DNA from: Pseudomonadota bacterium
GTDB lineage: Bacteria > Bdellovibrionota_B > Oligoflexia > Silvanigrellales > Silvanigrellaceae
Direction of reading: 5' to 3'
Assembly: GCA_041184525.1 (NCBI GenBank)
Contig: JBEGJP010000317.1
Coordinates: 5,093-69,092, forward strand
DNA length: 64,000 nt
How positions within the stretch are numbered: the stretch's first letter is position 1; every line of letters starts with the position of its first letter. Below the pieces are notes generated by a model. It was not told where the DNA came from, made no database searches, and saw only the letters and a list, made by a program, of their open reading frames with translations. Of this stretch, positions 1 through 9,218 are shown piece after piece. The translations under genes and the position numbers were made by a program.

Positions 1-2745
1 CGGAGGCAGCTTCTTTCCACTTCCAGATTTTGCTTCATTGAGGCTGTGGGTGGTGTCGACACTCATACGGATGGAAGCCCCTGCCGGAATCTCTTCTTTA
101 TTCAGATCCGACACCGGCGCTGTGAAGAAAACTTTTTTCCACAGGGAAGTCTCTGCAGTTCCGCCCAAAGAAACCAGTGCCGTGTCCTGTGCGCCCAAGG
201 GCTTGTCGGCAATGAAATTGTTGGTGGAAGAAGGGCTGATTTTGAAGATTTTGCTTCGGACTGACAGGTCGGAAGAAAGCGCATCCGAGCGGCGGTTGAA
301 TTGGAAGTCCGAGCCCCATTCCCTCAAAAAGGCATAAGAGTAGAACTGGGTTTTGGTTGATTGTCTGTTTTCAGGGCACAGGTAAACCGTGGAGTCGCTG
401 GGTAACGTGCAGCGGAACGCGTAGGCAAGACCGTTGAATCGGGGGCGGAGAAACACATTCGCTTTCCATCCGTCGAAAACACGATTGCCAATCAGATTGG
501 CTTCCAAGCCCCAGCGGTCGCTTTCTTTCAGCGTTGTGTCCCAAACATAAGAACCAAAAAACTGAACATAGAACCGTTCCATTTCGTCGACGAGGGGACG
601 CGAAAAGACACCCAATGTCGTCACTCCGGCGAGGAAAGAAGGAGTGAAATTAGGGTAGGTCATCCAATGCTTGAATCGATAGGGGGCAGGGACTGTGGTG
701 ACGGCAGTGGTTGCAGGTGGAGGTGTTTGATCCTGCTGTTCAGGCGCATCGGTTGTCTCCGGAGATTCGGTCGTGTCGGTTGCAGTCGTGTTTGCAGACG
801 CAGTGGGTTTGCTTCTGCGGAGTTGCTGGGCCAGAACTTCAAAAGGCGGCTGATAGGGATGAAAGACGGGCTGAGTTTGCCAACGTGACACCTCTGAAAG
901 GGTGGTCATCCAAGCCAAATGTGAGGACCGCAGTTGGTTGACGTGAACACGCCACAATTCGCGCGCGGAGCCGGTAAAAACGGTGAGCATCAGCGAATCT
1001 GTGTTTTCTCCGGGAGCAATCGATTCTACCCAGTCGGGCAATCCGGCAATCAGAGTGGTTTGTCCTTTTTCCCAATGGATTAAGGCCTGAACATCGTGCC
1101 AACCGACCAGCAAAAAATAGTCATCCGGTGCGACCATGACACCGTCGCGGAGAGTCAAAGTTCCACTCGGAATGATGACTTCAGGCTCTTTGTCTGCGCA
1201 GTGGCGTTCCAAAGATGTGAGCTCAAAATCACGATCCACAAGGACCGTGACGCATTCTGACGACTCGCTTTGCAGGTAAGCGTCATGCGGTCTGACGATC
1301 CGGACACTCGCCGGAGTGACCCATGATGCCAGTCGAGTTTTCTTTTTGATGTCCGCCTGAATAATGTCGAGGAATGAGGAGGTGTCACGGGTTGAAAGGA
1401 CGGCCGCCGTCTTTGGGGCAATCGCCGAAATTTCACGAATGACGGCAGGCTTGCCTTCGGATGACATCGAAAACGAGTTTTGTTCTGAGATTTTTTCATC
1501 GCTGATTTGATTGAGGGGACCATTGAATGTTTGATAAACAACGCTGTCTCCCCACGTTCTGTTTTCGGTCCTTTCGCGCACTGCTGTCCAGAACCCCCCG
1601 TTCACCATGTCCATTCGGTGCGCGGCCATGAGGTTGATGGACTCCAATTCGAGCGGCAAAAGAAAAGATTTTTCCGGTTTTTTGAATCTGGGATCGTAAA
1701 ACTTGTAGACTTCCACACCGCCGCGTCGGGCGCTGTTAGAAAAACTGGGGATGAGGATGGATTTGTCCTGAAGAAGGTAAGAGCCGCGATCGAAATTCGA
1801 AAAGATACGCGAGGCCCCTGTCATGTTCTTCAATTGGGGCATTCCTTCGAGATATTTGAAGGTTTCAGTTTTCAGGTCTTTTTTGAATGAGTCATAGAGA
1901 TCCTCCGGCCAATGTCCGGTGAGGTCCTTGATGAGAAAGTAGGCTCCGGTGAAAAAAGGCGGGATCAGTTGTTTGTACTTTAAGCCCTCATGGAGTGTCT
2001 TGAGGTTGGTGTCATGTGCCCGCTCGAGAAAATATTTGAAAAATCGTCCTGCGGTTGCATACCCCAAAAGTGAGGTGTCGCCCGCTGCTTTGTACAGAGC
2101 GTGCATGCGGTCCCAACTCAGGAAAGAATTGTTGAGAGCCATGGCCCGCAGATAGCCTTCGGTTTCCAGACGGCCCAGAGATTCTGTCAAATACTCAGGC
2201 AGACCTTCCGTCCACCACGTGGGCAACATGGCGAGCATGAAGGTCCGTCCGGCCGGTCCCACACCCAGATCGATGTGTTCATACATCATGCGGTGAGCCA
2301 GCTCATGCTGAAAGAGGGAGGCCGGAGGGCGTGTTGAGGATTGTATTTCGAGCGTTTGCGGGATGAAGTTTGCAAACGATGCTCCATCACTCCGGCTGCT
2401 GATGATGACTGGAATTTTATTGAATTTTGAGACCGCAATGTCTTCCTCGGTGATGTGAGGCGGCACGGGCTGGCCTTTCAGAACGGTCCCCAATAGGAGG
2501 CTGTAATCTGAATATGCTTTTTCCAACGCTTTGAGCGCGTGATCGCCCAACGAGGGTTGGGTGGCATCGTAATAGATGATGAACCGCTCATTTTCGAGCC
2601 TGGCCCATGTGACGTCGGCCTGCTGACCTGAGGGTTCCTGCAAAAACAATTGCGGCACTGCCTGCGCCTCAGAGCGCGCCAGTCCCGCGGCAACAAAAGC
2701 AACTGCAAGCAGACTTCTCCATGTACTCTTCAGACTGCATTTCAT
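1..2745 (-). CDS. Large secreted protein with an HExxH / WxxEG (Peptidase_MA_2-like) motif; its C-terminal part runs off the left window edge
   Basis: The minus-strand frame with codons at 1-3, 4-6 ... 2743-2745 has no plus-strand TTA/CTA/TCA (checked codon by codon), giving 915 open codons. It is absent from the ORF track because no stop lies in the window. The ATG at 2745 overlaps the kdsB stop (ATGA). The N-terminus MKCSLKSTWRSLLAVAFVAAGLARSEA looks like a signal peptide. Motif: LFQHELAHRMMYEH...PTWWTEGLPEYL. Confidence 0.75.
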   Translation of the reverse strand, partial: MKCSLKSTWRSLLAVAFVAAGLARSEAQAVPQLFLQEPSGQQADVTWARLENERFIIYYDATQPSLGDHALKALEKAYSDYSLLLGTVLKGQPVPPHITEEDIAVSKFNKIPVIISSRSDGASFANFIPQTLEIQSSTRPPASLFQHELAHRMMYEHIDLGVGPAGRTFMLAMLPTWWTEGLPEYLTESLGRLETEGYLRAMALNNSFLSWDRMHALYKAAGDTSLLGYATAGRFFKYFLERAHDTNLKTLHEGLKYKQLIPPFFTGAYFLIKDLTGHWPEDLYDSFKKDLKTETFKYLEGMPQLKNMTGASRIFSNFDRGSYLLQDKSILIPSFSNSARRGGVEVYKFYDPRFKKPEKSFLLPLELESINLMAAHRMDMVNGGFWTAVRERTENRTWGDSVVYQTFNGPLNQISDEKISEQNSFSMSSEGKPAVIREISAIAPKTAAVLSTRDTSSFLDIIQADIKKKTRLASWVTPASVRIVRPHDAYLQSESSECVTVLVDRDFELTSLERHCADKEPEVIIPSGTLTLRDGVMVAPDDYFLLVGWHDVQALIHWEKGQTTLIAGLPDWVESIAPGENTDSLMLTVFTGSARELWRVHVNQLRSSHLAWMTTLSEVSRWQTQPVFHPYQPPFEVLAQQLRRSKPTASANTTATDTTESPETTDAPEQQDQTPPPATTAVTTVPAPYRFKHWMTYPNFTPSFLAGVTTLGVFSRPLVDEMERFYVQFFGSYVWDTTLKESDRWGLEANLIGNRVFDGWKANVFLRPRFNGLAYAFRCTLPSDSTVYLCPENRQSTKTQFYSYAFLREWGSDFQFNRRSDALSSDLSVRSKIFKISPSSTNNFIADKPLGAQDTALVSLGGTAETSLWKKVFFTAPVSDLNKEEIPAGASIRMSVDTTHSLNEAKSGSGKKLPP

Positions 2746-3638
2746 CATTCTCGTCGTCTTTCTGTTGTTTTCAGGTGGTGTTCGGCACGCAGCAGGTCGT
2801 CCATCGTGTCGATCCCGAACGGGGCTTCCCGCGCTGTCACAACGCGGATGTTCCAGCCGGCTTCAAGGGCACGGAGTTGCTCGAGTCCTTCCGTCGTTTC
2901 CAAAGTGCTTGGAGGCATTTTTGTGAACGCCTGCAAAAAATTTCTTCTGAAGGCGTAAATACCTACATGCTGCAGAAAGGGTATCGCTGCATCGGCTTGC
3001 AGTTTCTCACCCAAAGCTGTGAGCGCGTCGCTGGCCCCCCACAGCGCCCGAGGCCATGCGATGGGAGCGCGCGAAAAGTAAAGCGCATTCCCCGCCGCAT
3101 TTCGCACTACTTTTACCACCGAGGCGCGCAGGAATTGCTCCGGCTTGTTCTGCGGGAACGCCAGTGTAGCCATAGGAACAGTGCCGTCAGAGAACATGTG
3201 TTTCGCAAGCTGGACAATGTCTTCAACGCAAAAAAACGGCTCATCGCCTTGCAGGTTGATCACGACGCAATCATCGGGAAAGTTTTGGCCTGTTTGTTCC
3301 AAACTCATGACAGCAGCTTCAATGCGATCTGTTCCCGAAGGGAGATCCGAAGGGGTCATGCAAATCTGTAAACCACTTTCCTTCAGACAGTCGGCAATTT
3401 CAGTGCTGTCGGTGGCAACAAGGCAGAGCAATTCCTTCTCAGAGATCGAAAGAGTTTTGCAAATCTCGCGGGCGCACTGGGCCACCCGATGAGCGACGTG
3501 CGCAATCAACGGACGACCGGCAAGAGTCGCCAGCGGCTTACGGGGAAGGCGGGTGGAACCCAAACGGGCAGGCACCGCGATGATCAATCGAATGTTCAAA
3601 TGTTTTCCCGCGCTGTCGGGTTTGGATTGAATTTCCAT
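2745..3638 (-). CDS. kdsB: 3-deoxy-manno-octulosonate cytidylyltransferase (CMP-Kdo synthetase)
   Basis: The translation has IIAVPARLGSTRLPRKPL, VINLQGDEPF and HVGIYAFRRNFL, typical of KdsB. I prefer the ATG at 3638 (MEIQSK...) over the track start 3836, whose extension overlaps the divergent lapB-like gene. Confidence 0.9.
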   Translation of the reverse strand: MEIQSKPDSAGKHLNIRLIIAVPARLGSTRLPRKPLATLAGRPLIAHVAHRVAQCAREICKTLSISEKELLCLVATDSTEIADCLKESGLQICMTPSDLPSGTDRIEAAVMSLEQTGQNFPDDCVVINLQGDEPFFCVEDIVQLAKHMFSDGTVPMATLAFPQNKPEQFLRASVVKVVRNAAGNALYFSRAPIAWPRALWGASDALTALGEKLQADAAIPFLQHVGIYAFRRNFLQAFTKMPPSTLETTEGLEQLRALEAGWNIRVVTAREAPFGIDTMDDLLRAEHHLKTTERRRE

Positions 3639-3735
3639 TTTAGGGTCCTTGCTCGTTGTGGGAAGAGTGTAGCAGTTGTAGTCTCTAGGCCCAAACCAGT
3701 GAGTCGACCGGTGTGTTTTCGGAGGTTCTTCAGCT

Positions 3736-5040
3736 GTGCCACGTCCTGTCTCAGACACCATCGCAGACGGTTTGCCGCTTTGGGATACATATGAAGCCCT
3801 GTTTTTTCTTCTGACCGGAATCTTATTGGGGCTCATTCTCGGATTTCTTTTTCCTTCCGTTTGGCGTTCCTTCCGCCGTCGGTTCCGACGACTTGAACGC
3901 TACAGGCCGGCAGATGGCGTTGCGCAGCCCTTCTTTTTGCCTTCAAAGTTGAAAATCCTCACATCGTCGACACTACAGACGGACGGGGACGAAGCATCTG
4001 AGGACTCTGACCTTTCGCTTCTTTTTGTCTCTGCGCGATATGCGGTTCAAGAAAGTGCTCTGCGGGAGGCCGCGGCTCTGTATCTGCAAATCCTCAGTTC
4101 GGAAAAAGTGAGCCGTGTTCAAACCAACAAGGCGATGTTTGAACTGGCACAGGTGTACGCTCTCAGCGGACTGACTTCCAAAGCTTTTGAAACGGGTTTT
4201 GAATTGTTGCACCGGAAGCCCGCGCACGTCGAGGTGTTCCGGTTTCTTCTGACTCTGTTGGCCAGAGGTGGAGGAGAAGAGGACAAGCTGGAGCCTTTGC
4301 TGGAAACCTACACGGGCCCCGCCTCAGGCGATCTGACGCGCGATGTCGCCCACATCCTCTCAGAGTCCTCCCGTGCCGTTCTGCAGCGGCAAGACACCGA
4401 GAAAAAGCAGTTGGCCATCAGGCTGGCCAAACAGGCCATCCGTTGGAGTCCGACTTCATTTGAACCCAAGCTTCGCTTGATCGAAGCGACCAGCGTTCTC
4501 TGGCAGGGTGCTGTGTCTCAGCCGGCCGATCAGCTGCTCATGGCTTTCTGTGTTGACTTGAAGGAATTGTCCCGTTTGAGATTGGCTTTTCCCCTCATTC
4601 CGCCTGCGGCTTACGAGGCATTCCTTCGGGCTTGGCGGGCTTGTCTGGACCAGCGCAACGATGAACTGCGCGAGGTCATTCCCAAAATGCGCTCGGAAAT
4701 TCTGAGTCAATTGAAATTCCAACCCGCGCAAGAGGATTCGGGTGAGTCGCCCGAACTGGATTTCATCTGGGGGCTGCTCAACGACCCCCAGAGCGCGCCG
4801 GCACCTCTGGGAGCGTTTTCGGAGCCCTCGAACCAAGGGCAGTGGCTGGACCTCTTCAGAGAATTTTTTCGCTCGGAGCCTGCGATCCGGTTGTCCGCCC
4901 CCCTTTTTGCCTGCCAAATGTGCTCCGAAATCTTCAAAGACCACCGCTGGCAGTGCAGAAACTGCGGTCGATGGGATGCTATTTCAGAGTGGACTCCCCA
5001 AGCGTCGTCTCAGGCAAATGGACGTCCAGCCAGTCCCTAA
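3736..5040 (+). CDS. lapB: LapB/YciM-like LPS assembly regulator (N-terminal TM helix, TPR-like repeats, C-terminal rubredoxin-type zinc finger)
   Basis: It has a hydrophobic N-terminus (ALFFLLTGILLGLILGFLF), a helical-repeat body and a C-terminal CQMC-x10-CRNC (FACQMCSEIFKDHRWQCRNCGRWD), as in LapB. It is divergent from kdsB. The GTG start at 3736 is taken from the track and is not certain. Confidence 0.7.
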   Translation: MPRPVSDTIADGLPLWDTYEALFFLLTGILLGLILGFLFPSVWRSFRRRFRRLERYRPADGVAQPFFLPSKLKILTSSTLQTDGDEASEDSDLSLLFVSARYAVQESALREAAALYLQILSSEKVSRVQTNKAMFELAQVYALSGLTSKAFETGFELLHRKPAHVEVFRFLLTLLARGGGEEDKLEPLLETYTGPASGDLTRDVAHILSESSRAVLQRQDTEKKQLAIRLAKQAIRWSPTSFEPKLRLIEATSVLWQGAVSQPADQLLMAFCVDLKELSRLRLAFPLIPPAAYEAFLRAWRACLDQRNDELREVIPKMRSEILSQLKFQPAQEDSGESPELDFIWGLLNDPQSAPAPLGAFSEPSNQGQWLDLFREFFRSEPAIRLSAPLFACQMCSEIFKDHRWQCRNCGRWDAISEWTPQASSQANGRPASP

Positions 5041-5116
5041 ATCAGGCTTTTTTTGTTTGAATCCGGTTCGGCTTTGGCGTACGAGCCCGAAGTCAGACCC
5101 CAGAGGAGACTGGCTT

Positions 5117-6505
5117 ATGTCGACCCGAATCGGAACCCTCTCGCGTGCGATTGCTATCGACGCTCTCAACCATGTGCTGACACGTCGGCAGCATGCCGAC
5201 GCCGTTCTCGAGCGACTCTTCAAGCACCATGCGGCTGAACTCCGCCCCCTCGACAGAGCCTTCATTTTTGAAATTGTCTATGGCTCATTGCGCTGGTTGT
5301 CCAAAATGGATTGGATCATGTCGCACATGGTCGACCGTCCTTTCACGAGTTTGGATCCCCGTGTCGCCTGCGCCCTCCGTGTCGGAGCGTATCAAATTTT
5401 CTACATGGACAGGGTCCCCGATCGAGCTGCCGTTTCTGAGACCGTGGAAGCCGTCAAGAAGGTAGGAGCGGGCAACGCAGCATCGTTTGTCAATGCGATT
5501 TTGCGGCGTGTCGCCCGCAAGGCTGAGTATTACCCCAAGCCCGATCGCGAGACACAGACAGCAGAATATTTGTCTGTCCAGTATGCACATCCTGTCTGGC
5601 TCATCGAGCGCTGGCTGCGACATATTCCTTTGGAGAGACTTGAGCATCTGCTGAGCGGAAACAACAAAGCGCCTCCTATTGTGCTGCGGAGTTTGTCGCG
5701 ACGCAGGTTGCCGGAAGGTGATGATCTGGCGACCTATCTTCTCAGGACGCAGGGACTTTCGAGCGAGTGGTTGCCACTGAAGTCAGCGCTCAAGCTCGAG
5801 CGTTTGCCCGACTTGTCTCATTGTGCAGCCTTCGCGTCCGGTCATTACATTGTTCAAGATGCAGCTGCGCAGTTGGTTGTTCAGTTGGTGGATATCCGGA
5901 GCGGAGCCGAAGTTCTGGATGCTTGCGCTGCTCCGGGTGGCAAATCGATTGCACTCTGGGACTTGGGCGTCGAACCTCAAAGCCTCACCGTTGCCGAGAC
6001 CAACCAAAAACGGGCCGTTGTGCTCGAAGAGAATTTCTCCCGTGTGGGCCTGACTCCTGCGCGCGTGCTGATGGGAGACGTACTGGAAAAGGTTCAGGGT
6101 CTCCAATTTGATACGGTCGTTTTGGATGCGCCTTGTTCGGCTCTCGGAGTGGTGCGTCGCCATCCTGAAATCCGATGGCACAGAACCCCTTCCGACATCG
6201 AGCATTGTGCAGCAGAGCAGCGTCGGCTGCTTGACGGGCTTGTTGGTGCCGTGCGCCCGGGGGGCGAGCTTGTTTATATTGTCTGCAGTGCTGAGCTTGA
6301 GGAAACCACTTTTCAGGCTCGTGCATTTTTAGATCGTCATGGTGAGTTTGAGTCCGTGCCGCTGGAGAATCGGGTCCATGACTACTACCGACGCTACGTC
6401 ACTCGCGAGAATGAATTGCTCATTTTGCCGGGCAACAGCGATGACCTTGACGGTTTTTATGCTGTTGTTTTCAGGCGAAAGACAGGCAGTCTCGGCGCCG
6501 TCTGA
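5117..6505 (+). CDS. rsmB: 16S rRNA (cytosine-C5)-methyltransferase RsmB/Sun family
   Basis: A NusB-like N-domain is followed by SAM-methyltransferase motifs (LDACAAPGGKS, LDAPCSALGVVRRHPEIRW, LVYIVCS). The ATG at 5117 is preceded by GAGGAG. The track extension 4742..5116 overlaps lapB and looks non-coding. Confidence 0.85.
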   Translation: MSTRIGTLSRAIAIDALNHVLTRRQHADAVLERLFKHHAAELRPLDRAFIFEIVYGSLRWLSKMDWIMSHMVDRPFTSLDPRVACALRVGAYQIFYMDRVPDRAAVSETVEAVKKVGAGNAASFVNAILRRVARKAEYYPKPDRETQTAEYLSVQYAHPVWLIERWLRHIPLERLEHLLSGNNKAPPIVLRSLSRRRLPEGDDLATYLLRTQGLSSEWLPLKSALKLERLPDLSHCAAFASGHYIVQDAAAQLVVQLVDIRSGAEVLDACAAPGGKSIALWDLGVEPQSLTVAETNQKRAVVLEENFSRVGLTPARVLMGDVLEKVQGLQFDTVVLDAPCSALGVVRRHPEIRWHRTPSDIEHCAAEQRRLLDGLVGAVRPGGELVYIVCSAELEETTFQARAFLDRHGEFESVPLENRVHDYYRRYVTRENELLILPGNSDDLDGFYAVVFRRKTGSLGAV

Positions 6506-7004
6506 AGGTTCCGCATTGCCAAAATCTTCTTCTCAATCGGTGGCCCGCCAATTCAAAGCAGAGGGCTATGTCTATCCCAGTTATTCCGTTTTCAGGGATG
6601 TGTTGAATTTGGAAATATCCTCGGCCAAACGCCGCATTTGCGTTCTGGCGCACATTTTTGATGACAGAGAGATTGCTTATGGTTTGGGTTTGGCGAGCCG
6701 TCGCGCCGTGGCCGCTCTGATGCGTCTGGAGCCGCCCGCGTCTGACTCCTCTCCTTCTTCCAATCCTTTCAACGCGAGTGATACGTTGCGGGCGTTTGGT
6801 TTGACTCCTTGGAAAGAGTCGTTGAAAAAACTGAAACTTCCCGAACCCACTGTGATTGCGATCGACAGCCGTGCTTGGAGCATTTCCAGTGAGTTGTCCG
6901 AGCTGCGAACGGCTCCGGTCGACGTCGAGCCTGCTCCTTTTACTTCCGCGGAAGTGTGTGGCTGGGCAGATGCTGCTGCGAGTGCCAAAGCTGCGACACG
7001 CTGA
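6459..7004 (+). CDS. Hypothetical protein (weak by-eye resemblance to the start of a PLD-like/Nuc fold; no HxK motif seen)
   Basis: The track ORF 6339..7004 overlaps the rsmB 3' end. Candidate starts are ATG 6411, 6441, 6459 or TTG 6516. The segment EISSAKRRICVLAHIFDDREIAYGLGLASRRAVAALMRL resembles a PLD-family repeat. Start and function are uncertain. Confidence 0.45.
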   Translation: MLLFSGERQAVSAPSEGSALPKSSSQSVARQFKAEGYVYPSYSVFRDVLNLEISSAKRRICVLAHIFDDREIAYGLGLASRRAVAALMRLEPPASDSSPSSNPFNASDTLRAFGLTPWKESLKKLKLPEPTVIAIDSRAWSISSELSELRTAPVDVEPAPFTSAEVCGWADAAASAKAATR

Positions 7005-7070
7005 TAAGCCCCCCTTTGAGCTCCCTTTGATAGACTTCAATTGTAGGTTTCCCGAACGGAGATGCATCCT

Positions 7071-7697
7071 ATGCTGAACAGCGCCGCTGTGGATCTTGTC
7101 TGCAAACGTTTTTCGCTTTTTTTGAGTCTGTTCATGTTCGTCGGGTGCGGTCCGCGCTCTTGTTCCCAGCGATCGGATATTTCAGCTGAAGAACAGTTGA
7201 GGTCTTATATTGATTTGGCAGTCAACATCACCCGTTCAGAGCAGCGGGAAGATTTGGAGAGTCTGACGACGGGCGAGTTCCGCGATCAGCTCGCATCCAA
7301 TTCCCCTGAGGCGTTTAAAAAGGCGTACTTGGATCGGCGTTACGAGTTTGAAGAGTTTGAAGTCACCGGACGTTCAGACGTTGTTCCAGAGAAGGAAGTC
7401 GAGCTTGAGTACAGGGTGAAATTTCGGAGCTGGATGTCCGGAGAGGACCGCTCCAGAGCACCGATGCAAGAGATCAAAAGCTTGGCACGCATGAAGTACA
7501 CGCGCGGTCAGTGGGCCATTGCTGCAATCCGACCCATAGACACTCAATACAATTGGGATGTGGGTCTGCCGATGGCAGGGGTTTCGACAAACGACATGCC
7601 GCCGGAATCCGGTCAATCTGAATCACCGGCGTCAGCTCCTCAAACGGCCCCCGTGGCCCCTGAGAGGCGCTCGAATCCGGAAACAACAACGCCTTGA
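7071..7697 (+). CDS. Hypothetical lipoprotein
   Basis: The N-terminus MLNSAAVDLVCKRFSLFLSLFMFVGC has a lipobox-like FVGC. GGAG lies 9 nt upstream of ATG 7071 (the track start 7062 has no spacer). The C-terminus is a P/S/A-rich tail. Confidence 0.6.
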   Translation: MLNSAAVDLVCKRFSLFLSLFMFVGCGPRSCSQRSDISAEEQLRSYIDLAVNITRSEQREDLESLTTGEFRDQLASNSPEAFKKAYLDRRYEFEEFEVTGRSDVVPEKEVELEYRVKFRSWMSGEDRSRAPMQEIKSLARMKYTRGQWAIAAIRPIDTQYNWDVGLPMAGVSTNDMPPESGQSESPASAPQTAPVAPERRSNPETTTP

Positions 7698-7768
7698 TAA
7701 TGATTTGAAGGCCACGCCGCCTCAGTGCTGAATTTGGAATTCATTTTACCTGACCTCGGGGGATTTCT

Positions 7769-9142
7769 ATGAAACGCATTTTGATTGCCGACGCCAGCAA
7801 GGCCAGTCTTGTGATGACCAGTGAGGTTTTCAAGGACCACTTCCCAGGAGTGCAGGTTGTTGTGGCAAGGACTTCGGCTGACGCACTGGAGTTGGCAAAA
7901 ACTTGCGGTGAACTGGATGCCTTCATCATTGACTATGATCTTCCTGACCGAGATGGGGCCTATACGGCGGGGCGACTGAAAAAAATGTTTCCACAACCCA
8001 TTTTGATCACAGCTTTCGACCGTCCTGATGTTCAAGAAAATATCGACCGTGAGCTGGCGGCGTTCGACGATTGCCTGAGTTGGCTGAAAAAACCGGTCAA
8101 ACCTGAAATCGTTGTGTCTCTTGCACAGCGTTTCATTGAAGGTCAGCACAGATGCCAGCGGCGCTTGAACTGCAGCCTGCCGGCCTTTCTCGAGATTGAA
8201 TTTTCTCCGGCTGCGCAGAACTCGGCGATCGCCAAGGCAGTGAATGTCACGCGCGGGATGTCAGCTGCTCGTGTGAAGGTGGCAGTCAAGAAGAAAAAAG
8301 CAACTCCCAAGAAAAAAGAAGCGCCTAAAAAGAAGGAAAGCAAGAAGCAGTCTGTCGTCGTCAAGGCGAAGAGTGTGAGCAAACCCAAGCCAAAGGCGCC
8401 GGCGAAAAGTAAAACGACGGCTCAGAAAAAGACACCCGTGGCGAAAACATCGACGCAAGCCAAAAAAACTGTTGTTCAGAAGAACAGCGCACCGGTGAAA
8501 AAGGTTCAGCCCGTGAAGGTCAAAGAGACGCTCTCCCTGAAGCCTGTCCGCAGATGGGTGCCGGTGGTGATTGATGACGTCAGTCTCGCCGGTGCGAAGA
8601 TCCGAGTGAACAATCAGGAAATGGTTTTTTCTCTGGGCAGTAAGGCGAGTAAAGGACCAGTTCAAAAGTACCTCTGCGACTTCCGTGAGGGGCAGATTTT
8701 GAATGTCCACGTGCCTCCCAGTGCTGCGGTGGAAGCGGGAGCAGAAGCCTTGGAGAGGTGGCAAAAGACACAGGCCAAGCTCTTGTCCGGTTTCACGGAG
8801 GTAGAAACAGTGGTTGCCGGATCGAAGAAATCAAACTCCGTGGCCTCGAAATCTTCCACGCTGGCAGGAATTCAGGGCCGCACACGAGCGGGAACAGCAC
8901 CGGCCTCAGCAGCCTCTGAGCCTGAAACGGAAGGTGCTTCGGGGTTGGGTCTTGTGATGCGGGGCGAAGTGCGTTGGACGGCCAGCAGCGAGACTTTCAC
9001 CTTTTGCGGACTCCGCTCTGAGACGGTCAATGTTTCAAAGAAACTCTTTGAATCCATGGTTGAACTTGAGTCCAGAGCGAACTCGAAATTGAGTCCTGTG
9101 CTCTCGCCGAATATTCCGAGAGCCCCAAAGTTGAATGCCTGA
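7769..9142 (+). CDS. Response-regulator receiver protein with PilZ-like motifs and an internal lysine-rich H1-like insert
   Basis: REC signatures are present: ILIADAS, AFIIDYDLPDRDG, PILITAF, WLKKPVKP. These are followed by RCQRR, NVTRGM, a K-rich tract (nt 8273..8524) and DDVSLAG. GGGGGA lies 6 nt before the ATG. Confidence 0.8.
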   Translation: MKRILIADASKASLVMTSEVFKDHFPGVQVVVARTSADALELAKTCGELDAFIIDYDLPDRDGAYTAGRLKKMFPQPILITAFDRPDVQENIDRELAAFDDCLSWLKKPVKPEIVVSLAQRFIEGQHRCQRRLNCSLPAFLEIEFSPAAQNSAIAKAVNVTRGMSAARVKVAVKKKKATPKKKEAPKKKESKKQSVVVKAKSVSKPKPKAPAKSKTTAQKKTPVAKTSTQAKKTVVQKNSAPVKKVQPVKVKETLSLKPVRRWVPVVIDDVSLAGAKIRVNNQEMVFSLGSKASKGPVQKYLCDFREGQILNVHVPPSAAVEAGAEALERWQKTQAKLLSGFTEVETVVAGSKKSNSVASKSSTLAGIQGRTRAGTAPASAASEPETEGASGLGLVMRGEVRWTASSETFTFCGLRSETVNVSKKLFESMVELESRANSKLSPVLSPNIPRAPKLNA

Positions 9143-9218
9143 ATTGACAGTTTTCGAGAGGGTCGTTAATCTCCTCGTTAAATCGCATCTGCAAGCGGTT
9201 CATCACAAGGAGCGTGTT

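Noticed and set aside
3639-5116. Upstream extensions of track ORFs: kdsB to 3836, rsmB from 4742, and others such as sdhB to 12218, sdhC to 14653, prodh to 29572 and infB to 57707.
   Set aside because: The extensions overlap neighbouring genes, have non-protein-like composition, and contain internal start codons with good SD motifs at the positions where family-typical N-termini begin.
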